A stretch of 64,000 bases of DNA from the human T2T-CHM13v2.0 reference genome, Homo sapiens: assembly GCF_009914755.1 (NCBI RefSeq), contig NC_060933.1, one strand, 5' to 3'. Under the pieces are notes generated by a model. That model ran no database searches. It saw only the letters and a program-made list of their open reading frames with translations, and was not told where the DNA came from. This document shows positions 39,090 through 51,168 of this stretch, in pieces. Made by a program: the position numbers and the translations under genes. The first letter of the stretch is position 1, and each line of letters begins with the position of its first letter.

Positions 39090-42000
39090 AGAAGCATTCT
39101 CAGAAACTTCCTTGTGATGTGTGTACTCAAGTAACAGAGTTGAACCTTCCTTTTGAAAGAGCAGATATGAAGCACTCTTTTTGTAGAATCTGCAAGTGGA
39201 TATTTTGATACCTTTGAGGATTTCGTTGGACACGGGATATCTTCATATAAAATCTAGACAGAAGCATTCTCAGAAACTTCTTTGTGCTGTATGTCCTCAA
39301 TTAACAGAGTTGAACCTTTGTGTGGATACAGCATTTTGGAAACATTCCTTTAGTAGAATCTGCAAGTTGATATTTAGATAGCTAGGAAGATTTCCTTGGA
39401 AACGGGAATATCTTCATATAAAATCTAGACGGAAGCATTCTCAGAAAGTGCTTTGTGATGTTTGCATTCAAGTCACAGAGTTGAATATTCCCTTTTATAG
39501 AGCAGGTTTGAAACACTCTTTCTGCACTACCTGGAAGTGGACATTTGGAGCGCTTTGAGGCCTATGTTGAAAAAGGAAATATCTTCCCATAAAAACTAGA
39601 CAGAAGCATTCTCAGAAACTTGTTTGTGATGTGTGTATTCAACTAACAGAGATGAACCTTTCTTTTTACAGAGCAGTTTTGAAACACTCTTTTTGTGGAA
39701 TCTGAAAGTGGATATTTGGATAGCTTTGAGGATTTCGTTGGAAACGGGATTACATATAAAACCTAGAGAGAAGCATTCTCAGGAACTTCTTTGTGATGTT
39801 TGCATTCAAGTCACAGAACTGAACATTCCCTTTCATAGAGCAGGTTTGAAACACTCTTTCTGTAGTATCTGCAAGCTGACGTTTCATGCGTTTTCAGGCA
39901 TATGGTGAGAAAGGAAATATCTTCAAGTAAAAACTAGACAGAAGCATTCTCAGAAACTTATTTGCCATGTGTGTTCTCAACTAACAGAGTTGAACCTTTG
40001 TTTTGATACGGCATTTTGGAAACACTCTTTTTGTAGAATCTGCAGGTGGATATTCGGATAGCTTTGAAGGTTTCGTTGGAAACGGGAATATCTTCATATA
40101 AAATCAAGACAGAAACATTCTCAGAAACTTCTCTGTGATGTTTGCATTCAACTCATAGAGTTGAACACTTCCCTTCATACAGCAGGTTTGAAACACTCTT
40201 TTTCTAATATTTGGAAGTGGACATTTGCAGCGCTTTGAGGCCTATGTTGAAAAAGGAAATATCTTCTCCTAAAAACCAGACAGAAGCATTCTCAGAAACT
40301 TCCTTGTGATGTGTGTACTCAAGTAACAGAGTTGAACCTTCCTTTTGAAAGAGCAGTTTTGAAGCACTCTTTTTGTAGAATCTGCAAGTGGATATTTTGA
40401 TACCTTTGAGGATTTCGTTGGACACGGGATATCTTCATATAAAATCTAGACAGAAGCATTCTCAGAAACTTCTTTGTGCTGTATGTCCTCAATTAACAGA
40501 GTTGAACCTTTGTGTGGATACAGCATTTTGGAAACATTCCTTTAGTAGAATCTGCAAGTTGATATTTAGATAGCTAGGAAGATTTCCTTGGAAACGGGAA
40601 TATCTTCATATAAAATCTAGACGGAAGCATTCTCAGAAAGTGCTTTGTGATGTTTGCATTCAAGTCACAGAGTTGAATATTCCCTTTTATAGAGCAGGTT
40701 TGAAACACTGTTTCTGCACTACCTGGAAGTGGACATTTGGAGCACTTTGAGGCCTATGTTGAAAAAGGAAATATCTTCCCATAAAAACTAGACAGAAGCA
40801 TTCTCAGAAACTTGTTTGTGATGTGTGTATTCAACTAACAGAGATGAACCTTTCTTTTTACAGAGCAGTTTTGAAACACTTTTTTTGTGGAATCTGAAAG
40901 TGGTTATTTGGATAGCTTTGAGGATTTCGTTGGAAACGGGATTACATATAAAACCTAGAGAGAAGCATTCTCAGGAACTTCTTTGTGATGTTTGCATTCA
41001 AGTCACAGAACTGAACATTCCCTTTCATAGAGCATGTGTGAAACACTCTTTCTGTAGTATCTGCAAACGGACATTTCAAACGCTTTCAGGCCTATGGTGA
41101 GAAAGGAAATATCTTCAAATAAAAACTAGACAGAAGAATTCTCAGAAACTTATTTGCGATGTGTGTCCTCAACTAACAGAGTTGAACCTTTCTTTTGATA
41201 CAACATTTTGGAACCACTCTTTTTGTAGAATCTGCAAGTGGATATTTGGATAGCTTTGAAGGTTTCGTTGGAAACTGGAATATCTTCATATAAAAACAAG
41301 ACAGAAGCATTCTCAGAAACTTCTCTGTGATGTTTGCATTCAACTCATAGAGTTGAACACTTCCCTTCATACAGCAGGTTTGAAACACTCTTTTTGTAAT
41401 ATTTGGAAGTGGACATTTGCAGCGCTTTGAGGCCTATGATGAAAAAGGAAATATCTTCCCATAAAAACTAGACAGAAGCATTCTCAGAAACTTGTTTGTG
41501 ATGTGTGTATTCAACTAACAGAGATGAACCTTTCTTTTTACAGAGCAGTTTTGAAACACTCTTTTTGTGGAATCTGAAAGTGGATATTTGGATAGCTTTG
41601 CGGATTTCGTTGGAAACGGGATTACATATAAAATCTAGGGAGAAGCATTCTCAGGAACTTCTTTGTGATGTTTGCGTTCAAGTCACAGAACTGAACATTC
41701 CCTTTCATAGAGCAGGTTTGAAACACTCTTTCTGTAGTATCTGCAAGCGGACGTTTGAAGCGTTTTCAGGCCTGTGGTGAAAAAGGAAATATCTTCAAGT
41801 AAAAACTAGACAGAAGCATTCTCAGAAACTTATTTGCGATGTGTGTTCTCAACTAAAAGAGTTGAACCTTTGTTTGGATACAGCACTTTGGAAACACTCT
41901 TTTTGTAGAATCTGCAAGTGGATATTTGGATAGCTTTGAATGTTTCGTTGGAAACGGGAATATCTTCATATAAAATCAAGACAGAAGCATTCTCAGAAAC

Positions 42001-42153
42001 TTCTCTGTGATGTTTGCATTCAACTCATAGAGTTGAACACTTCCCTTCATACAGCAGGTTTGAAACACTCTTTTTCTAATATTTGGAAGTGGACATTTGC
42101 AGCGCTTTGAGGCCTATGTTGAAAAAGGAAATATCTTCTCCTAAAAACCAGAC

Positions 42154-45100
42154 AGAAGCATTCTCAGAAACTTCCTTGTGATGTGTGTACTCAAGTAACA
42201 GAGTTGAACCTTCCTTTTGAAAGAGCAGATATGAAGCACTCTTTTTGTAGAATCTGCAAGTGGATATTTTGATACCTTTGAGGATTTCGTTGGACACGGG
42301 ATATCTTCATATAAAATCTAGACAGAAGCATTCTCAGAAACTTCTTTGTGCTGTATGTCCTCAATTAACAGAGTTGAACCTTTGTGTGGATACAGCATTT
42401 TGGAAACATTCCTTTAGTAGAATCTGCAAGTTGATATTTAGATAGCTAGGAAGATTTCCTTGGAAACGGGAATATCTTCATATAAAATCTAGACGGAAGC
42501 ATTCTCAGAAAGTGCTTTGTGATGTTTGCATTCAAGTCACAGAGTTGAATATTCCCTTTAATAGAGCAGGTTTGAAACACTCTTTCTGCACTACCTGGAA
42601 GTGGACATTTGGAGCGCTTTGAGGCCTATGTTGAAAAAGGAAATATCTTCCCATAAAAACTAGACAGAAGCATTCTCAGAAACTTGTTTGTGATGTGTGT
42701 ATTCAACTAACAGAGATGAACCTTTCTTTTTACAGAGCAGTTTTGAAACACTCTTTTTGTGGAATCTGAAAGTGGATATTTGGATAGCTTTGAGGATTTC
42801 GTTGGAAACGGGATTACATATAAAACCTAGAGAGAAGCATTCTCAGGAACTTCTTTGTGATGTTTGCATTCAAGTCACAGAACTGAACATTCCCTTTCAT
42901 AGAGCAGGTTTGAAACACTCTTTCTGTAGTATCTGCAAGCGGACGTTTCAAGCACTTTCAGGCCTATGGTGAGAAAGGAAATATCTTCAAGTAAAAACTA
43001 GACAGAAGCATTCTCAGAAACTTATTTGCCATGTGTGTTCTCAACTAACAGAGTTGAACCTTTGTTTTGATACGGCATTTTGGAAACACTCTTTTTGTAG
43101 AATCTGCAGGTGGATATTCGGATAGCTTTGAAGGTTTCGTTGGAAACGGGAATATCTTCATATAAAATCTAGACGGAAGCATTCTCAGAAACTGCTTTGT
43201 GATGTTTTCATTCAAGTCACAGAGTAGAATGTTCCCTGTTATATACCAGGTTTGAGACACTCTTTCTGCACTACCTGGAAGTGGACGTTTGGAGCGCTTT
43301 GAGGCGTATGTTGAAAAAGGAAATATCTTCCCATAAAAACTAGACAGAAGCATTCTCAGAAACTTGTTTGTGATGTGTGTATTCAACTAACAGAGATGAA
43401 CCTTTCTTTTTACAGAGCAGTTTTGAAACACTCTTTTTGTGGAATCTGAAAGTGGATATTTGGATAGCTTTGAGGATTTCGTTGGAAACGGGATTACATA
43501 TAAAACCTAGAGAGAAGCATTCTCAGGAACTTCTTTGTGATGTTTGCATTCAAGTCACAGAACTGAACATTCCCTTTCATAGAGCAGGTTTGAAACACTC
43601 TTTCTGTAGTATCTGCAAGCTGACGTTTCAAGCACTTTCAGGCCTATGGTGAGAAAGGAAATATCTTCAAGTAAAAACTAGACAGAAGCATTCTCAGAAA
43701 CTTATTTGCCATGTGTGTTCTCAACTAACAGAGTTGAACCTTTGTTTTGATACGGCATTTTGGAAACACTCTTTTTGTAGAATCTGCAGGTGGATATTCG
43801 GATAGCTTTGAAGGTTTCGTTGGAAACGGGAATATCTTCATATAAAATCTAGACAGAAGCATTCTCAGAAACTGCTTTGTGATGTTTTCATTCAAGTCAC
43901 AGAGTAGAATGTTCCCTGTTATATACCAGGTTTGAGACACTCTTTCTGCACTACCTGGAAGTGGACGTTTGGAGCGCTTTGAGGCGTATGTTGAAAAAGG
44001 AAATATCTTCCCATAAAAACTAGACAGAAGCATTCTCAGAAACTTGTTTGTGATGTGTGTATTCAACTAACAGAGATGAACCTTTCTTTTTACAGAGAAG
44101 TTTTGAAACACTCTTTTTGTGGAATCTGAAAGTGGATATTTGGATAGCTTTGAGGATTTCGTTGGAAACGGGATTACATATAAAACCTAGAGAGAAGCAT
44201 TCTCAGGAACTTCTTTGTGATGTTTGCATTCAAGTCACAGAACTGAACATTCCCATTCATAGAGCAGGTTTGAAACACTCTTTCTGTAGAATCTGCAAGC
44301 GGACGTTTCAAGCACTTTCAGGCCTATGGTGAGAAAGGAAATATCTTCAAGTAAAAACTAGACAGAAGCATTCTCAGAAACTTATTTGCCATGTGTGTTC
44401 TCAACTAACAGAGTTGAACCTTTGTTTTGATACGGCATTTTGGAAACACTCTTTTTGTAGAATCTGCAGGTGGATATTCGGATAGCTTTGAAGGTTTCGT
44501 TGGAAACGGGAATATCTTCATATAAAATCTAGACGGAAGCATTCTCAGAAACTGCTTTGTGATGTTTTCATTCAAGTCACAGAGTAGAATGTTCCCTGTT
44601 ATATACCAGGTTTGAGACACTCTTTCTGCACTACCTGGAAGTGGACGTTTGGAGCGCTTTGAGGCGTATGTTGAAAAAGGAAATATCTTCCCATAAAAAC
44701 TAGACAGAAGCATTCTCAGAAACTTGTTTGTGATGTGTGTATTCAACTAACAGAGATGAACCTTTCTTTTTACAGAGCAGTTTTGAAACACTCTTTTTGT
44801 GGAATCTGAAAGTGGATATTTGGATAGCTTTGAGGATTTCGTTGGAAACGGGATTACATATAAAATCTAGAGAGAAGCATTCTCAGGAACTTCTTTGTGA
44901 TGTTTGCATTCACGTCACAGAACTGAACATTCGCTTTCATAGAGCATGTTTGAAACACTCTTTCTGTAGTATCTGCAAACGGACATTTCAAACGCTTTCC
45001 GGCCTATGGTGAGAAAGGAAATATCTTCAAATAAAAACTAGACAGAAGCATTCTCAGAAACTTATTTGCGATGTGTGTCCTCAACTAACAGAGTTGAACC

Positions 45101-46065
45101 TTTCTTTTGATACAACATTTTGGAAACACTCTTTTTGTAGAATCTGCAAGTGGATATTTGGATAGCTTTGAAGGTTTCGTTGGAAACGGGAATATCTTCA
45201 TATAAAATCAAGACAGAAGCATTCTCAGAAACTTCCCTGTGATGTTTGCATTCAACTCATAGAGTTGAACACTTCCCTTCATACAGCAGGTTTGAAACAC
45301 TCTTTTTGTAATATTTGGAAGTGGACATTTGCAGCGCTTTTTGGCCTATGATGAAAAAGGAAATATCTTCCCATAAAAACTAGACAGAAGCATTCTCAGA
45401 AACTTGTTTGTGATGTGTGTATTCAACTAACAGAGATGAACCTTTCTTTTTACAGAGCAGTTTTGAAACACTCTTTTTGTGGAATCTGAAAGTGGATATT
45501 TGGATAGCTTTGCGGATTTCGTTGGAAACGGGATTACATATAAAATCTAGAGAGAAGCATTCTCAGGAACTTCTTTGTGATGTTTGCATTCACGTCACAG
45601 AACTGAACATTCCCTTTCATAGAGCAGGTTTGAAACACTCTTTCTGTAGTATCTGCAAGCGGACGTTTCAAGCGCTTTCAGGCCTGTGGTGAAAAAGGAA
45701 ATATCTTCAAATAAAAACTAGACAGAAGCATTCTCAGAAACTTATTTGCGATGTGTGTTCTCAACTAAAAGAGTTGAACCTTTGTTTGGATACAGCACTT
45801 TGGAAACACTCTTTTTGTAGAATCTGCAAGTGGATATTTGGATAGCTTTGAATGTTTCGTTGGAAACGGGAATATCTTCATATAAAATCAAGACAGAAGC
45901 ATTCTCAGAAACTTCTCTGTGATGTTTGCATTCAACTCATAGAGTTGAACACTTCCCTTCATACAGCAGGTTTGAAACACTCTTTTTCTAATATTTGGAA
46001 GTGGACATTTGCAGCGCTTTGAGGCCTATGTTGAAAAAGGAAATATCTTCTCCTAAAAACCAGAC
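42154..46065 (+). repeat. 23-mer HOR variant type I (3912 bp; T-A-A-A-B-C)
   Basis: Three consecutive A tetramers start at ~42666, 43346 and 44026. All have aacctagag, the agtagaatg monomer and the shared variant agcactttca. Confidence 0.9.
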
Positions 46066-49000
46066 AGAAGCATTCTCAGAAACTTCCTTGTGATGTGTGT
46101 ACTCAAGTAACAGAGTTGAACCTTCCTTTTGACAGAGCAGTTTTGAAGCACTCTTTTTGTAGAATCTGCAAGTGGATATTTTGATACCTTTTAGGATTTC
46201 GTTGGACACGGGATATCTTCATATAAAATCTAGACAGAAGCATTCTCAGAAACTTCTTTGTGCTGTATGTCCTCAATTAACAGAGTTGAACCTTTGTGTG
46301 GATACAGCATTTTGGAAACATTCCTTTAGTAGAATCTGCAAGTTGATATTTAGATAGCTAGGAAGATTTCCTTGGAAACGGGAATATCTTCATATAAAAT
46401 CTAGACGGAAGCATTCTCAGAAAGTGCTTTGTGATGTTTGCATTCAAGTCACAGAGTTGAATATTCCCTTTTATAGAGCAGGTTTGAAACACTCTTTCTG
46501 CACTACCTGGAAGTGGACATTTGGAGCGCTTTGAGGCCTATGTTGAAAAAGGAAATATCTTCGCATAAAAACTAGACAGAAGCATTCTCAGAAACTTGTT
46601 TGTGATGTGTGTATTCAAATAACAGAGATGAACCTTTCTTTTTACAGAGCAGTTTTGAAACACTCTTTTTGTGGAATCTGAAAGTGGATATTTGGATAGC
46701 TTTGAGGATTTCGTTGGAAACGGGATTACATATAAAACCTAGAGAGAAGCATTCTCAGGAACTTCTTTGTGATGTTTGCCTTCAAGTCACAGGACTGAAC
46801 ATTCCCTTTCATAGAGCAGGTTTGAAACACTCTTTCTGTAGTATCTGCAAGCTGACGTTTCAAGCGCTTTCAGGCCTATGGTGAGAAAGGAAATATCTTC
46901 AAGTAAAAACTAGACAGAAGCATTCTCAGAAACTTATTTGCCATGTGTGTTCTCAACTAACAGAGTTGAACCTTTGTTTTGATACGGCATTTTGGAAACA
47001 CTCTTTTTGTAGAATCTGCAGGTGGATATTGGGATAGCTTTGAAGGTTTCGTTGGAAACGGGAATATCTTCACATAAAATCTAGACGGAAGCATTCTCAG
47101 AAACTGCTTTGTGATGTTTTCATTCAAGTCACAGAGTAGAATGTTCCCTGTTATATACCAGGTTTGAGACACTCTTTCTGCACTACCTGGAAGTGGACGT
47201 TTGGAGCGCTTTGAGGCGTATGTTGAAAAAGGAAATATCTTCCCATGAAAACTAGACAGAAGCATTCTCAGAAACTTGTTTGTGATGTGTGTATTCAACT
47301 AACAGAGATGAACCTTTCTTTTTACAGAGCAGTTTTGAAACACTCTTTTTGTGGAATCTGAAAGTGGATATTTGGATAGCTTTGAGGATTTCGTTGGAAA
47401 CGGGATTACATATAAAATCTAGAGAGAAGCATTCTCAGGAACTTCTTTGTGATGTTTGCATTCACGTCACAGAACTGAACATTCCCTTTCATAGAGCATG
47501 TTTGAAACACTCTTTCTGTAGTATCTGCAAACGGACATTTCAAACGCTTTCAGGCCTATGTTGAGAAAGGAAATAACTTCAAATAAAAACTAGACAGAAG
47601 CATTCTCAGAAACTTATTTGCGATGTGTGTCCTCAACTAACAGAGTTGAACCTTTCTTTTGATACAACATTTTGGAACCACTCTTTTTGTAGAATCTGCA
47701 AGTGGATATTTGGATAGCTTTGAAGGTTTCGTTGGAAACGGGAATATCTTCATATAAAATCAAGACAGAAGCATTCTCAGAAACTTCTCTGTGATGTTTG
47801 CATTCAACTCATAGAGTTGAACACTTCCCTTCATACAGCAGGTTTGAAACACTCTTTTTGTAATATTTGGAAGTGGACATTTGCAGCGCTTTGAGGCCTA
47901 TGATGAAAAAGGAAATATCTTCCCATAAAAACTAGACAGAAGCATTCTCAGAAACTTGTTTGTGATGTGTGTATTCAACTAACAGAGATGAACCTTTCTT
48001 TTTACAGAGCAGTTTTGAAACACTCTTTTTGTGGAATCTGAAAGTGGATATTTGGATAGCTTTGCGGATTTCGTTGGAAACGGGATTACATATAAAATCT
48101 AGGGAGAAGCATTCTCAGGAACTTCTTTGTGATGTTTGCGTTCAAGTCACAGAACTGAACATTCCCTTTCATAGAGCAGGTTTGAAACACTCTTTCTGTA
48201 GTATCTGCAAGCGGACGTTTGAAGCGCTTTCAGGCCTGTGGTGAAAAAGGAAATATCTTCAAATAAAAACTAGACAGAAGCATTCTCAGAAACTTATTTG
48301 CGATGTGTGTTCTCAACTAAAAGAGTTGAACCTTTGTTTGGATACAGCACTTTGGAAACACTCTTTTTGTAGAATCTGCAAGTGGATATTTGGATAGCTT
48401 TGAAGGTTTCGTTGGAAACGGGAATATCTTCATATAAAATCAAGACAGAAGCATTCTCAGAAACTTCTCTGTGATGTTTGCATTCAACTCATAGAGTTGA
48501 ACACTTCCCTTCATACAGCAGGTTTGAAACACTCTTTTTGTAATATTTGGAAGTGGACATTTGCAGGGCTTTGAGGCCTATGTTGAAAAAGGAAATATCT
48601 TCTCCTAAAAACCAGACAGAAGCATTCTCAGAAACTTCCTTGTGATATGTGTACTCAAGTAACAGAGTTGAACCTTCCTTTTGAAAGAGCAGTTTTGAAG
48701 CACTCTTTTTGTAGAATCTGCAAGTGGATATTTTGATACCTTTGAGGATTTCGTAGGACACGGGATATCTTCATATAAAATCTAGACAGAAGCATTCTCA
48801 GAAACTTCTTTGTGCTGTATTTCCTCAATTAACTGAGTTGAACCTTTGTGTGGATACAGCATTTTGGAAACATTCCTTTAGTAGAATCTGCAAGTTGATA
48901 TTTAGATAGCTAGGAAGATTTCCTTGGAAACGGGAATATCTTCATATAAAATCTAGACGGAAGCATTCTCAGAAAGTGCTTTGTGATGTTTGCATTCAAG

Positions 49001-51168
49001 TCACAGAGTTGAATATTCCCTTTAATAGAGCAGGTTTGAAACACTCTTTCTGCACTACCTGGAAGTGGACATTTGGAGCGCTTTGAGGCCTATGTTGAAA
49101 AAGGAAATATCTTCCCATAAAAACTAGACAGAAGCATTCTCAGAAACTTGTTTGTGATGTGTGTATTCAACTAACAGAGATGAACGTTTCTTTTTACAGA
49201 GCAGTTTTGAAACACTCTTTTTGTGGAATCTGAAAGTGGATATTTGGATAGCTTTGAGGATTTCGTTGGAAACGGGATTACATATAAAACCTAGAGAGAA
49301 GCATTCTCAGGAACTTCTTTGTGATGTTTGCATTCAAGTCACAGAACTGAACATTCCCTTTCATAGAGCAGGTTTGAAACACTCTTTCTGTAGTATCTGC
49401 AAGCTGACGTTTCAAGCGCTTTCAGGCCTATGGTGAGAAAGGAAATATCTTCAAGTAAAAACTAGACAGAAGCATTCTCAGAAACTTATTTGCCATGTGT
49501 GTTCTCAACTAACAGAGTTGAACCTTTGTTTTGATGCGGCATTTTGAAAACACTCTTTTTGTAGAATCTGCAGGTGGATATTCGGATAGCTTTGAAGGTT
49601 TCTTTGGAAACGGGAATATCTTCATATAAAATCTAGACGGAAGCATTCTCAGAAACTGCTTTGTGATGTTTTCATTCAAGTCACAGAGTAGAATGTTCCC
49701 TGTTATATACCAGGTTTGAGACACTCTTTCTGCAGTACCTGGAAGTGGACGTTTGGAGCGCTTTGAGGCATATGTTGAAAAAGGAAATATCTTCCCATAA
49801 AAACTAGACAGAAGCATTCTCAGAAACTTGTTTGTGATGTGTGTATTCAACTAACAGAGATGAACCTTTCTTTTTACAGAGCAGTTTTGAAACACTCTTT
49901 TTGTGGAATCTGAAAGTGGATATTTGGATAGCTTTGAGGATTTCGTTGGAAACGGGATTACATATAAAATCTAGAGAGAAGCATTCTCAGGAACTTCTTT
50001 GTGATGTTTGCATTCACGTCACAGAACTGAACATTCCCTTTCATAGAGCATGTTTGAAACACTCTTTCTGTAGTATCTGCAAACGGACATTTCAAACGCT
50101 TTCAGGCCTATGGTGAGAAAGGAAATATCTTCAAATAAAAACTAGACAGAAGCATTCTCAGAAACTTATTTGCGATGTGTGTCCTCAACTAACAGAGTTG
50201 AACCTTTCTTTTGATACAACATTTTGGAACCACTCTTTTTGTAGAATCTGCAAGTGGATATTTGGATAGCCTGAAGGTTTCGTTGGAAACGGGAATATCT
50301 TCATATAAAATCAAGACAGAAGCATTCTCAGAAACTTCTCTGTGATGTTTGCATTCAACTCATAGAGTTGAACACTTCCCTTCATACAGCAGGTTTGAAA
50401 CACTCTTTTTGTAATATTTGGAAGTGGACATTTGCAGCGCTTTGAGGCCTATGATGAAAAAGGAAATATCTTCCCATAAAAACTAGACAGAAGCATTCTC
50501 AGAAACTTGTTTGTGATGTGTGTATTCAACTAACAGAGATGAACCTTTCTTTTTACAGAGCAGTTTTGAAACACTCTTTTTGTGGAATCTGAAAGTGGAT
50601 ATTTGGATAGCTTTGCGGATTTCGTTGGAAACGGGATTACATATAAAATCTAGGGAGAAGCATTCTCAGGAACTTCTTTGTGATGTTTGCGTTCAAGTCA
50701 CAGAACTGAACATTCCCTTTCATAGAGCAGGTTTGAAACACTCTTTCTGTAGTATCTGCAAGCGGACGTTTGAAGCGCTTTCAGGCCTGTGGTGAAAAAG
50801 GAAATATCTTCAAATAAAAACTAGACAGAAGCATTCTCAGAAACTTATTTGCGATGTGTGTTCTCAACTAAAAGAGTTGAACCTTTGTTTGGATACAGCA
50901 CTTTGGAAACACTCTTTTTGTAGAATCTGCAAGTGGATATTTGGATAGCTTTGAAGGTTTCGTTGGAAACGGGAATATCTTCATATAAAATCAAGACAGA
51001 AGCATTCTCAGAAACTTCTCTGTGATGTTTGCATTCAACTCATAGAGTTGAACACTTCCCTTCATAAAGCAGGTTTGAAACACTCTTTTTCTAATATTTG
51101 GAAGTGGACATTTGCAGCGCTTTGAGGCCTATGTTGAAAAAGGAAATATCTTCTCCTAAAAACCAGAC

